Below are positions 1-10,273 of a DNA stretch of 60,526 nt, one piece after another. Each line of letters opens with the position of its first letter. Position 1 is the stretch's first letter. The DNA is taken from assembly GCA_964458565.1 (NCBI GenBank), contig CAYWJO010000017.1:1-60526 (forward strand), in the 5' to 3' direction. The position numbers and the translations under genes were made by a program. This DNA comes from an uncultured archaeon. Its GTDB lineage: Archaea > Asgardarchaeota > Thorarchaeia > Thorarchaeales > Thorarchaeaceae. Below the pieces are notes generated by a model. That model did not search any database and was not told the origin of the DNA. It saw only the letters and a list, made by a program, of their open reading frames with translations.

Positions 1-1155
1 AATGCTACTGCTGTACCGCCCGGTCTTGATACATGGTGGCTCAATGATACAACACATTTCAACATCGACCAAAATGGAATCGTCACAAACATCACAACCC
101 TCTCACCAAGAAGTTACAGTATTCGTGTCTTCGTTATTGACTTCCACGGGTATATCCTTGAAGGAGTATTTACAGTAGTCGTATTGGACTTGGCGTATCC
201 TATTTGGGCAAAATTACCACTAGATCAAATTATCGAGTGTGGAGATAGCCTCTACTATGACTTAAATGCAACAGACCAAGTTAGTATAGATTCTTGGTGG
301 TTGAATGATACACTTCACTTCTCTATTGACGATGATGGACTTGTAACAACAATAGGTGTCCTACCTGTTGGTGTCTATGGCATACAGGTCTGGATCAATG
401 ACACATCAAACAATATTCTCACGGACAGTTTCAGATTAACTGTCATTGACACCCACTCTCCTACTTGGGTAGAATCACCAGTGAACCAATTTGTTGAATA
501 TGGAACTGACTTTGTCTGTGACCTGAATGCTACTGATCCTTCAGGGCTTAACGAGTGGTGGGTGGATGATTCCCTTCAATTTACCATTGATTACAGTGGT
601 CGTGTATACACAATAGGTTTCTTAGATCCAGGTATCTATCCCCTTACTGTATATGTCAACGATGTCTTTGGGCAGACCCTATGGAGTGCATTTATTGTTG
701 AAGTTCGGGACACCAAAGCTCCTACATGGCTTACAGACATAACTGATCAGTTTCTTGAATATGGAGAAGATTTAAGCTATCAACTTCTAGCAACAGATCT
801 CTCTGGTATTGCCAATTGGAATGTGAACAATACTGACATGTTCAGAATAAGCGGGACTGGACTACTGACAAATAGAGTGACTCTTACACCAGGGCAATAC
901 AATCTCTTGGTGAGTGTATCAGATCCATATGGAAATGAACGATCAGAAGTCTTCTCGGTATATGTATCGGGAGGAATGATAACAACTTCTACAACTCTAT
1001 CAACAACAACATCGTCAACCACGTCCACTACACCAACACCTCCAGCGGGTGGAGATATATTGATAATCATCATTATAGGAGTTGGAATAGGTGGTGGAGT
1101 GATTGTGATAGTAGTCATCGTAATAATACGCAGGCGTGGAATTGTGAAGGGTTAG
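1..1155 (+). CDS. 5'-truncated cell-surface protein with tandem ~87-aa Ig/cadherin-like repeats, Thr-rich linker and C-terminal TM anchor
   Basis: Frame 1 is open from base 1 (NATAVPPGLDTWWLNDTTHF...) into the listed ORF. The unit P-W...Q..EYG...LNATD.SG...WW.ND...F.ID..G recurs about 4 times. Ends in a Thr/Ser run, a hydrophobic helix and RRR. Confidence 0.85.
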   Translation, partial: NATAVPPGLDTWWLNDTTHFNIDQNGIVTNITTLSPRSYSIRVFVIDFHGYILEGVFTVVVLDLAYPIWAKLPLDQIIECGDSLYYDLNATDQVSIDSWWLNDTLHFSIDDDGLVTTIGVLPVGVYGIQVWINDTSNNILTDSFRLTVIDTHSPTWVESPVNQFVEYGTDFVCDLNATDPSGLNEWWVDDSLQFTIDYSGRVYTIGFLDPGIYPLTVYVNDVFGQTLWSAFIVEVRDTKAPTWLTDITDQFLEYGEDLSYQLLATDLSGIANWNVNNTDMFRISGTGLLTNRVTLTPGQYNLLVSVSDPYGNERSEVFSVYVSGGMITTSTTLSTTTSSTTSTTPTPPAGGDILIIIIIGVGIGGGVIVIVVIVIIRRRGIVKG

Positions 1156-1160
1156 ACAAC

Positions 1161-1511
1161 CCTACTTCAGTGAGTGTCGCCAAAAGCAAGCATGGTCAAT
1201 GGAATCTCGCAAGTTTGAGTTCCATTTGTACTGGCGTAAGAAAACCTGCCTCTGAAGTTGGAGATTTCTGACTGTATCATAGTAACAAGAGTCTGTTATG
1301 TACAATCTCTCGCTTCAATGTTCGATATTGTACACATATGATACTTCAAAGCGAGATTTTAAATACAAACTCTAAAACATCTACCTGACAACAATGTCAC
1401 GAGGAAATACAACACCTATGTATTGGTTCCACATTAGTGGAATCTAGTGTTGCGTTCTCTTCCTCGTGATGTCGGCTCTTTCTTATCGCGGTCCTCTCGG
1501 GGAAGAGGACC
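1161..1511. other. Non-coding region with a series of nested stem-loops (possible structured RNA)
   Basis: Inverted repeats: ACTTCAG 1164-1170/CTGAAGT 1252-1258; CGCCA 1178-1182/TGGCG 1232-1236; AATGGAA 1198-1204/TTCCATT 1220-1226; TCTCGCTT 1308-1315/AAGCGAGA 1349-1356; TCACGAGGAA 1397-1406/TTCCTCGTGA 1460-1469; GGTCCTCT 1490-1497/AGAGGACC 1504-1511. Confidence 0.45.
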
Positions 1512-1568
1512 TTAGACACTTACCATACTCCGTGATTCTGTTGTCAAAATCGAAATGGAGATGAAAAA

Positions 1569-1775
1569 ATGTCGGGACGGTACGCAAACAAAAGGAAACG
1601 TACGATGAGACGAGAGAACGCTAGAGATGTGATTAGGCAGCAGATGTTGATGTTTGCTGATTTCATTAATGGAAAATATGAATCCACCAAACCAGATTCC
1701 ATTCATGAACCCCTGACATTTTCAAATTATTATAATTTGAAGAATGGTAAGTCGCGAGTGCGAACATCAGAATAA
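1569..1775 (+). CDS. Small basic hypothetical protein (68 aa)
   Basis: SD-like GGAGATG just upstream of the ATG; followed by a hairpin plus T-run. Confidence 0.5.
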   Translation: MSGRYANKRKRTMRRENARDVIRQQMLMFADFINGKYESTKPDSIHEPLTFSNYYNLKNGKSRVRTSE

Positions 1776-1791
1776 TTTGATTTGGATAAAA

Positions 1792-1814
1792 GAGCCCAAT
1801 GGGCTCACTTTTTT
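1792..1814 (+). terminator. Hairpin plus oligo-T terminator-like element
   Basis: GAGCCC-AAT-GGGCTC followed by ACTTTTTT. Confidence 0.55.
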
Positions 1815-1882
1815 CCAGAATTTATGTCTAATTTAAATAGACCCTATGAAAGAGAAAAACCGCTCTATCCAATGATGGAGTT

Positions 1883-2641
1883 TTGATAATGAAGAAATCA
1901 ATAATCTCTCTCATAGTGTTACTATCCATTCTTCTAATTCCTGGTGTCCTTGCACAGAATTCACAGGGATTGACTTGGAGTGTGATAGAAGGTCAAGAGA
2001 TATATTATGAAGTAACAAAATCTGGAAGTTGCTATCCCCTATTTTCAGACCCCGTATTCCTCGATGAATCATTCATTGCAAAGGTGACACTCGAATATCT
2101 TGAAGATATTCCCCCAACATTGACTAATTGGACAGAGATACCATATGCAATTGGTTCCCTGGTCTTCGAGAATGGCTCTACTGCCTCAATAATTAGTGGG
2201 GTCTCGTTTGCTATGCCCATAGGCAATTGGATCCTCCTTCAAGAAATCCACAATGATTCGAAGATTCATCTGTGGGATGGTTATAAGTTCATGAACGCTA
2301 CCTATTTTGATAATTCATCATTCTGGGGTTTCATGTATAGCTATAACGCTTATGTCAACATTGACCTAATACCTGGTGGTCCTACGCCAACGATGAATTG
2401 TACTATAACCAATACTATGCTCTATGCGAAAGCAGATGGCGTACTTGCTTCTAGCCAACTTACGTTGCAATACTACAATGGACTACTTGATGCAGGAACT
2501 GTCGTACAAACTCTAAATCGAATCGAAGGTTTCTTTGTCTTTCCTACAACATTTGTAATCATTGTAGTGGTAATAATCGCTATTCCCATGATGATAATCC
2601 TATGTGCTAAATTTGCTAATATCCCTACTCACACAGAATGA
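1883..2641 (+). CDS. Exported, C-terminally anchored hypothetical membrane protein
   Basis: Signal peptide (MKKSIISLIVLLSILLIPGVLA), N-x-S/T sequons, C-terminal hydrophobic helix. Confidence 0.8.
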   Translation: MIMKKSIISLIVLLSILLIPGVLAQNSQGLTWSVIEGQEIYYEVTKSGSCYPLFSDPVFLDESFIAKVTLEYLEDIPPTLTNWTEIPYAIGSLVFENGSTASIISGVSFAMPIGNWILLQEIHNDSKIHLWDGYKFMNATYFDNSSFWGFMYSYNAYVNIDLIPGGPTPTMNCTITNTMLYAKADGVLASSQLTLQYYNGLLDAGTVVQTLNRIEGFFVFPTTFVIIVVVIIAIPMMIILCAKFANIPTHTE

Positions 2642-2698
2642 AATTCTCTACCAAGGTTTTTCAAATCCTTCTTGTTTTGGTTAACTTAATTTTGGATT

Positions 2699-5600
2699 CT
2701 AACTACTTCCACGTCGTTTTCTAATCACAATCGCCACTATGACAAGAATAATTCCACCACTCCCAATAGCAACCCACATCCACACCTTCAGTCCCAAGAA
2801 TTCTTCATTATACCAGGGTGTGTGAGTAGTTGTTGTTGTGGGTGTTGTGAACGTAGATGGAATTGTTGCAGTTGTGCTCATCAGATTATCGATCATGAAG
2901 AAATCATCCGATATATCGCTTGCAGTGAAGAGTCCATCTGTTACATTGATCATTATCTTATATGGACCATCAGAAACTGTGGTAGAATCCCATATTAGAT
3001 ATAGTGAGGGAACGTTGTAATCGAGGGGAATCCAGTATATACCATTACCGTAGAAGACGCTAAAGGAAAGCGTATCAGTAGGATTGGGATCTTCTGCAAT
3101 CCACGATATGTATACGGTTCCGCTAATAATCTCTCCACCATTGGGGTATGTAACGATGATATCAGGGGCGTCAACATCGCCTCTTACAAATATCATTCTA
3201 TAGTCGAAATTGTTTGGTTCATACTCATCGCTGGGACTTATTATCTCGATATAGATCTGATAATCGTTCCTTTCTGATGGAGTCCAATAAATACTAATTG
3301 ATGCTGAACACCCTGAGTCAATTGTAGGTAATGACATATTCGTTCCTATCTGATACCATTCAAGTGAATCATATGAGATGCGATCTCTGGGCCACCACTG
3401 GTGTGTGGGCGGTGTCCACACGAAGAACCTTACAATCACATCAGATATTGGATTGTCTCCCAAATTCATGACCTCTGCACTGATTTCAAGTTCCATTCCC
3501 GTTCTCACCACATCTGGGGATTCAATATGATTGGCGTAAATCCCTGCATCTGTCACATTGAATGCAACATTGGTTACATTTTTGGACAGGATATCAGCTT
3601 CAGCTTGCGAATCGCAAAATACCGGTATCACCATGTTAGATAGCCTAACAATGATTCGAATATGGCTTGCCACTTGATAAGCTCCACCAGGTAGATGTCG
3701 AGTATCCAGCGTTATTACATTGGGTATTATCTCCCCATTGTAGCTGAAGTGGAGATATTCAAGATTCACTGGTATTAGGTAGGTCCCATGTGGTATCGTG
3801 TTGTTTAGAAATGCAATTTCATGACCGTTAATCAATATCGAAACGTCATGTGGTCTGACTCCCCACGTTGGTCTGAATTTCACTTCGACATACGCCTCAA
3901 TAGCATTCTTGCTATATGAAGGGTCTCGTTTAACGGGTGACCATGATAATCCAAGATTAATGGTTTCCTCATAATATGCTCCTTGATTGGTGATCCAACC
4001 TAGGCGGACTATATTTGTGTCTTTTACTCGACAAACGTAAGGATTTGTAGCACCACTCGCGACAGCGAGTTCTGGGACACTCCAACTTGTCCCATTATTT
4101 TGGCTCATAATATAGTAGATTGCATCTAATAATTCATAGGCCACAAATATCGCATTATTTGGACCAACGGTGATTGAGACATTCTCGAGATTTGGGGAGC
4201 TAAGAAGAGTTTGATTCCCTGACCATATCTCTCCGAAATCTGTACTATTTCTGAAAAGCAAATCATAATCACCTGTACCTTGATTGTATTGGCGAACAAT
4301 GTTATATGTTCGACCAAACTCAGCATCAGTTGCAAATCCTTGCCAAGTATCAGTTCGATTGTCATATCTTTCGAGAGCACCATGATAGAGTAGAATCTCG
4401 AATTCGTTTGTTGAATCGTCATAACTGAGCTTGAAATGAGTTCCGCGCCTTCCTATCCATCCGTTACAGTAGACATCGGGTCCCACTGTCCCGAAAATTG
4501 CATCCACTCCACTTAGGATAAACTCACCAGCTCCTTTGATAAAATCCAATACAGTTTCCCCCACCCCAGGAGGATCTCTTATACCAACTCGTGTGTTTGG
4601 TCCGAATATTAGCATAGATCCATCACTTGTGAAGATTGTGACAGAACCATAGGGACCAGTATCAATCAAGGTATTGGAGTAGATTCTTTTTCCAATAGCT
4701 GCAGTCTCTCCTCCTATTGTAACTTCACCTATGACAGCAAAGACCTCACCAAATAGTCCTTCACCTGGGAGAATACCAGGAATAAGCCCAAACTCCTCTT
4801 GGACAAATGGGTTGTTTACACAAAACTGAGTATCAATGAATTCTGAATATAGGGCATCCCCTCCTCCAAAGAACAACTCATAATCCGTTTGGAAAACGAC
4901 ATTGAGATCAATTATTAGTGTGTACCCACTAGCATAAATGATACCGGATGTATTGTTGGTAAAGCTCCAATCGGGAATATATCGCGCCTTGATAATCTTG
5001 GATTCGAACGTTTCCATACGTATATGGGTGATTCGTGGTTCCCAAATGAGGTGTGATGATAGGTTCGAATCAGCATAGATAGTTATGTCTGTAATAATAG
5101 ATCCATAGTTTGTTAGATTGAATGTTTTAGTTAGTGTGTGAGGATCGTCTGCAATCTCGACAAGTGTAAAGTTAGCTTCCACAGGCCTCAGTATCAATGT
5201 CAGAACGGAATAGTCGATGAGTTCTTCATCATCAGGAGTTGCAGCAAGGTTGATGAGTTTCAGGCCAATAGTATAGGTTAGGCGCATTGCATCTTGTGCA
5301 TGAGCCTTCAAAGATACAGAGAGTGATGCAAGAGGGTTTACATAGATTGGGCGATCGCTAGACCCATTACCTATGAATCCAATGTATAGGTCATCATAGG
5401 ATGAATCAACAACAACCAACAACTGATGTGCATATGAATCAAAGTTGGTGACTGAAATCATAACTTCTTGGTTATAGTCCCGATCAATTGTAGCGCTATA
5501 AGAACTGCTATCAAATCCGATTCCGGATCCAATAATGAATGTACGAGTTGTGCTATCAACGGTTAGATTTTCACTGGTTGAGTAGCTCGATACATAGAAT

Positions 5601-7432
5601 TCATACTCTACTCCCAGTGTGAGCTCGTCTATTGTGATTATATGTTCAAATGCATCTGCACCCGTATATTGGGTATAACTACCTCCTGATGGTCGGAGAT
5701 ATACCTCAGTAGTCGATTCCAGATTAGTAGTCCAAGAGAATACAACTTCTGTGGTAGAGAGAATCTCACCGCCTGAAGGACGAACATATGACATCCTCAA
5801 GACCGCGTCAAAATCTGTAAACAAATAACTGGATGTCAGATAGCTGGGATATCGCACTTCTGCATGCAAGTCCGTCTGTACTGCAACAGACCATAGCCTA
5901 TATGGTCCATCTTTTTGTGAGAGGTATATTGCCTCAGTCGGTAGTTGCACTGAGATATTGTAAAGCCCTTCAGTCAGATATCCAACATCGTTTATACCGC
6001 TTATTGATATCCACGAACCATCCGCAAAAAGATCATTGATAGTGACAGCAATATCCATAGCAATTGTCATATTTATCTCAACTTGAATAACTAGAAAGTC
6101 AAAGCTACCATCAGCGTCAGTATCAAGTCCGTAGTCAGAGAACACCTCGGTCGGGTATGGATAGACAATGGGTGCTTCAAAATCATTGTAACTGTAATAT
6201 GATGTTGTATATGGTTTGCTAAGGTAATACGACATTGATTCGCTACTCAGACTGACATAAAGCAGTGTATATGGTCCGTTCTTTTCAGATTTGTAGATAT
6301 CTGTCCCCTCTAATTTGATAGTTACATCATGAATCCCAATCTGCAGGCTCTCTTCAACCGAGCTAGATGCATAGAACAATTCATCATCAGCACCAATGAG
6401 CCCAACAATTTGAACCTCGTAAATACCAGCAATGGTGATGTTAACTCCTACATCAATTGCAAGATATTCATACTTACCATTTGCGTTTGTATCGAGACCT
6501 GAATCAGAGAATGTACCAGTGAGGGTAGAATGTACAATCCCCTCTGAGGGTTCGAAATCAGTATAATCGTAGTATCTTGTTACTATTGGAATGAACTCAG
6601 AATCATATTTTGTTCCAAGTTGAATTGATGCAGTCCATACCGTATATGGTCCATTGGCACCTGAAGCGTAAATCTCTCGACCATCAAGATATACTGCGAC
6701 GGTGTATATACCTGGAATAAGCACCTCAAATTCAGTTGTGTTCGACGTGTAGATGTATGTACTATTCTCACCTATCAAATCACCAGCATATACATCGTAC
6801 GTACCAGTTAGGGTAGCATTGAACTCCACATCTATTGCTAGGAATTCATACTTACCATTCCCGTTAGTATCAATACCATACTCAGCAAACATTCCTGTCA
6901 GATATGGATCATCAGTTGTTGACCCTGGAGAATCGAAATCAGTATAGGAATATACTCCTGTAGTATAAGGATATTCAAGATAGTCATCCGCAGTATGAGT
7001 TCCATTATCGAAAAAGAGCTCTACATAATTGACAGTATATGGTCCATCTGCACCTCTATCATAAATCGTTTCACCATTCAGATATACCGTAATATATTCC
7101 ATTCCAATGGTTAGGAGATTAACTACCGTTTCATTCCAAACATTGATGGAAGCTCCACTACCATTCAGGTATTCTATGTAAACAGTATATTCCCCTACTA
7201 CTGTTACCTGCACCTGAACATCTATGGCAAGATAATCATATTTTCCGTTACTATCTGTGTCAACTCCATAGTCATCAAAGACACCTGTGAGATAAGGAGC
7301 ATCCTGCGAAAGCTTAACCTTATCCAGGATTTTTGGTATCTCAAAATCATTTGTGACTAAAGGCAACAAGAATAAAGAGCAAAATATTATGGTATAAATT
7401 ACCCGTTTCAATTTCATATACGATCTCCCCAA
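2699..7432 (-). CDS. Large modular surface protein (1577 aa): 4 DxDxNG-type repeats, FN3-like, FecR-like, BNR/Asp-box, CARDB and Ig-like domains, TM anchor
   Basis: Four ~125-aa repeats with D.G.DT..NG.Y.YL.I.V; Asp-box-like SQNNGTSWS; CARDB-like EVMNLG...DEYEPNN; VTYPNGGE; Thr-rich linker, TM helix and RKRR. Confidence 0.85.
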   Translation of the reverse strand: MGRSYMKLKRVIYTIIFCSLFLLPLVTNDFEIPKILDKVKLSQDAPYLTGVFDDYGVDTDSNGKYDYLAIDVQVQVTVVGEYTVYIEYLNGSGASINVWNETVVNLLTIGMEYITVYLNGETIYDRGADGPYTVNYVELFFDNGTHTADDYLEYPYTTGVYSYTDFDSPGSTTDDPYLTGMFAEYGIDTNGNGKYEFLAIDVEFNATLTGTYDVYAGDLIGENSTYIYTSNTTEFEVLIPGIYTVAVYLDGREIYASGANGPYTVWTASIQLGTKYDSEFIPIVTRYYDYTDFEPSEGIVHSTLTGTFSDSGLDTNANGKYEYLAIDVGVNITIAGIYEVQIVGLIGADDELFYASSSVEESLQIGIHDVTIKLEGTDIYKSEKNGPYTLLYVSLSSESMSYYLSKPYTTSYYSYNDFEAPIVYPYPTEVFSDYGLDTDADGSFDFLVIQVEINMTIAMDIAVTINDLFADGSWISISGINDVGYLTEGLYNISVQLPTEAIYLSQKDGPYRLWSVAVQTDLHAEVRYPSYLTSSYLFTDFDAVLRMSYVRPSGGEILSTTEVVFSWTTNLESTTEVYLRPSGGSYTQYTGADAFEHIITIDELTLGVEYEFYVSSYSTSENLTVDSTTRTFIIGSGIGFDSSSYSATIDRDYNQEVMISVTNFDSYAHQLLVVVDSSYDDLYIGFIGNGSSDRPIYVNPLASLSVSLKAHAQDAMRLTYTIGLKLINLAATPDDEELIDYSVLTLILRPVEANFTLVEIADDPHTLTKTFNLTNYGSIITDITIYADSNLSSHLIWEPRITHIRMETFESKIIKARYIPDWSFTNNTSGIIYASGYTLIIDLNVVFQTDYELFFGGGDALYSEFIDTQFCVNNPFVQEEFGLIPGILPGEGLFGEVFAVIGEVTIGGETAAIGKRIYSNTLIDTGPYGSVTIFTSDGSMLIFGPNTRVGIRDPPGVGETVLDFIKGAGEFILSGVDAIFGTVGPDVYCNGWIGRRGTHFKLSYDDSTNEFEILLYHGALERYDNRTDTWQGFATDAEFGRTYNIVRQYNQGTGDYDLLFRNSTDFGEIWSGNQTLLSSPNLENVSITVGPNNAIFVAYELLDAIYYIMSQNNGTSWSVPELAVASGATNPYVCRVKDTNIVRLGWITNQGAYYEETINLGLSWSPVKRDPSYSKNAIEAYVEVKFRPTWGVRPHDVSILINGHEIAFLNNTIPHGTYLIPVNLEYLHFSYNGEIIPNVITLDTRHLPGGAYQVASHIRIIVRLSNMVIPVFCDSQAEADILSKNVTNVAFNVTDAGIYANHIESPDVVRTGMELEISAEVMNLGDNPISDVIVRFFVWTPPTHQWWPRDRISYDSLEWYQIGTNMSLPTIDSGCSASISIYWTPSERNDYQIYIEIISPSDEYEPNNFDYRMIFVRGDVDAPDIIVTYPNGGEIISGTVYISWIAEDPNPTDTLSFSVFYGNGIYWIPLDYNVPSLYLIWDSTTVSDGPYKIMINVTDGLFTASDISDDFFMIDNLMSTTATIPSTFTTPTTTTTHTPWYNEEFLGLKVWMWVAIGSGGIILVIVAIVIRKRRGSS

Positions 7433-7615
7433 GATCTGAACTGATTACAAAACGCATGCTATTTCGGGTTTATTAATTAGCTGGCCAACGATTTTTACAA
7501 TGCAAAGAGTGAGTGACTTCACTCGATACACAACGCGACAATATTCTTGTCCAGAGATTATCTTTTGCTGGCTATCGAGGTAATGATGAATTACGCGTTT
7601 TGAGATAGCAAGTTC

Positions 7616-7915
7616 TTATTCGGAATAACGTTTTTTCAACCAGAGTAGTAGCAGATAGAAGACAATGGGTGCTAATGCCCAAACAAGTTGCGGAATCAGT
7701 GTGTAGCCTACATCTGTTGCTGAACCGGGTAGAGGTGGTATTAATACTGGATTCCATGGTTGGGGCACATAGAACCATACCCGGCCAACAAATAGATACT
7801 CAACAAACAGGCTCTGAAGGAATCCCCACAGCTGGCACAGAATTGTGCGCTTGAGGGATTGTGAGCCCCACAATAGCGGCAGGGAATCTCCGGATACAAG
7901 GAGCCACTCGTCCAA
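7616..7915 (-). CDS. Small hypothetical membrane protein or C-terminal gene remnant
   Basis: Two hydrophobic stretches ending in KKR; TTG start is uncertain. Confidence 0.4.
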   Translation of the reverse strand: MDEWLLVSGDSLPLLWGSQSLKRTILCQLWGFLQSLFVEYLFVGRVWFYVPQPWNPVLIPPLPGSATDVGYTLIPQLVWALAPIVFYLLLLWLKKRYSE

Positions 7916-8025
7916 TCATGAGTGCTGGAAGTGAACTTGTGGTCTCTGATTGTGGGCGACTTGAAAACGAGTAGGATTCAATTCTACATCTTGCTGATTC
8001 ATTCATAAAAAGACGCAAACAAGGT

Positions 8026-8055
8026 GTGACAGCAGGTGAATCATCCTGCTGTCAC
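8026..8055 (-). terminator. Perfect 11-bp hairpin downstream of the metalloprotease gene
   Basis: GTGACAGCAGG-TGAATCAT-CCTGCTGTCAC, about 11 nt after the stop of 8067..9332. Confidence 0.6.
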
Positions 8056-8066
8056 GTTGAGAGCCA

Positions 8067-9332
8067 TCAATTGGCTCTGTTATAGATTGCTACATCTATC
8101 CACTCAGCAGTGAAGTGATAGTCACCAGAATAAGCATCAAACCTGCCAAAGGCTACATAATACCACCCACCTTGGATTAGATCAGATACCGTGAATGATT
8201 TCTTTATCCAGTAATTTAGACTATTTGAAGATGTTAATATATACGCGGACGCTTGGATAACGAAACTCGTGTCAAGAATATACACCTTCACGTATCGATG
8301 GTTATATGCAGTAGGTGGTAGGGTGTCATACATTTTGAAGTATCCAGAACCAGATATGGCCCCGTTTTCATCAGCATAATACATCTGGCTTCCATAAGCA
8401 AAAAAGTCATAGTACCCACCAGTACACCCAGATGTATCAACGTGGTAACCTTTCATCAGACCGACTGTTACTGAGTAACCATTCACAGCTCTACCATAAG
8501 GACTGGTACGTTTTGTGAAACCTGAGTCCAAGTACCAAAACTTCTCACAATGAGCATTCAGTACTGGATAGATCAATGCCTTACTGGTTGCAGATAGAAT
8601 CTTTGAACCGGGTAGATATTTTCCCTGTGCTCCTGTAAAGAGATCAACGTCCATGATATCATCCGAGTCACCATGAGATAGTCCATACCCATGTCCAACC
8701 TCATGGCAGAGAACTGTCCAAATTCCCTCTAATGCAAACAGACCCCAAACCGTCCAATCTCTATTGTAAATCCCTGCAACATTAAGCCATGCGGCATTAT
8801 GATAATGGTAGTTCATTCCTGCGAATGCTTCCAAATTGGGATAAGCTCCAATCATGACTAGGTAGTCAAAGTGTTGCCCATGAAGATTGGAATATCCATC
8901 ACCGGGCATCCCAATGTGGTTCCATCCCCACCAAGGATCAGGTTGTGCAGGCCATCCTAGTTCTTCTTGCCAACCCCAGTAATAGTCAGAACCGTTTGAG
9001 AATGAACCGGAATAACCATCATCATCATAGACCATCCAATCTGTATCTGCATACCAGTCAATATTATCCCAATACTGATGGAAGAAATCATTCAACTTCA
9101 GAATGTCCCCAACCATTCCTTCTTTGATGGCTTCTTCATCCGAAGTTAACATCATTATTTCATACCACAATAAAGCGGTATCATCGTACACTATCAGAAC
9201 ATCCATATCAATTTGCGGCGGTGGAGGTGGAGGTGGTTCAGGTGGTTCTCGGGCCACAACAGTTCCAGGAATAATTAAGAACATGATTACGCCAAAAACT
9301 AGAAATAATTTAGTCATATCTCTTATTTTCAA
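8067..9332 (-). CDS. Secreted metzincin-type zinc metalloprotease
   Basis: Signal peptide, poly-Pro linker, HEVGHGYGLSH (HExxHxxGxxH) followed by Met-turn DIMD. Confidence 0.85.
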   Translation of the reverse strand: MKIRDMTKLFLVFGVIMFLIIPGTVVAREPPEPPPPPPPQIDMDVLIVYDDTALLWYEIMMLTSDEEAIKEGMVGDILKLNDFFHQYWDNIDWYADTDWMVYDDDGYSGSFSNGSDYYWGWQEELGWPAQPDPWWGWNHIGMPGDGYSNLHGQHFDYLVMIGAYPNLEAFAGMNYHYHNAAWLNVAGIYNRDWTVWGLFALEGIWTVLCHEVGHGYGLSHGDSDDIMDVDLFTGAQGKYLPGSKILSATSKALIYPVLNAHCEKFWYLDSGFTKRTSPYGRAVNGYSVTVGLMKGYHVDTSGCTGGYYDFFAYGSQMYYADENGAISGSGYFKMYDTLPPTAYNHRYVKVYILDTSFVIQASAYILTSSNSLNYWIKKSFTVSDLIQGGWYYVAFGRFDAYSGDYHFTAEWIDVAIYNRAN

Positions 9333-9718
9333 TTTTCATATCCTCTCCCAACATCAACTGAGTTTACTTGAAACTCCTCTCATTTCAATGGATGTCTTTA
9401 GATTTAAAGGAAGCCATATGAAGAATTTCAAGTATTTCATTAACCATTGCACATTAGTAACAGTCAGATTCTTTAAATTCTAAGAGAGCCGCAAATTCGT
9501 GTTTTATAATGCATAAATAACCCGCTGTTTATATATGTTGAATAGGATCCAGTGCTGTGGTTCCTGTCAACCTTTTCTATAGTTCACTACTCTCCCCTAT
9601 CTACTCAGGGCCGCACCACTCTTGGTAGTAGGAATGACTGTTGAGCTGATCGAGCCATGTTGGACAAACCTTGAGGTGCTATTCCAACCACCACACCCTT
9701 CTCTAGAGAACGTAGAAC

Positions 9719-10207
9719 ATGAGGGACTCTCACACAAGGCAAATGGATTGGATTTTCTCGATTCCTAGAGAATGGAAAATCGCACTCATTCAGGGAATAG
9801 TAGATGGTGATGGTTTTGCATCAATACCAGCGTCTCGAGCTGGAATAGGAAGCAAGATGAATACGATATTCTTGATTTGGCTTCTCAAATCTGTAGATAT
9901 TGAATCTCGTGCCTATCAAACAGGCATAGAAATCAGTAAGACCGAAGCAATACGGAACGCATCTGAACTGCCTCTCTTCAAGAATGCGACTGAGAAACAA
10001 GCTAAACTAGACGAGTTGGTAAAAATGCTAAATAGCATGGAGAGAAAACCAATCTCAGGTGCTGAAGCCAAAGAAATCAGACAGTTATCTGAAGAGGGAT
10101 TCTCCGATGGGGAAGTCACAGAATATCTCTGGAAGCAATTTGGAATAGCAAGGCGACCTACAACAATCCGTTCCTATTTAAAGCGTATTGGTTTGAGAGG
10201 GCAATAA
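9719..10207 (+). pseudogene. N-terminally truncated LAGLIDADG-like endonuclease with C-terminal HTH
   Basis: ALIQGIVDGDG motif about 23 aa from the start; C-terminal HTH-like LSEEGFSDGEVTEYL...RPTTIRSYL; in-frame TAG two codons upstream of the ATG. Confidence 0.55.
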
Positions 10208-10273
10208 CCAAGCAGAACATTCAAAACCGTGAGTATACCTTCCTGTGAACTTAGTACGTGAGGTTTCCTCGAA

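Noticed and set aside
1400-1480. GAGGAAA and CGGCT resembling RNase P RNA conserved regions
   Set aside because: Incomplete motifs only ~70 nt apart, both in or beside a simple hairpin; far too short for RNase P RNA.
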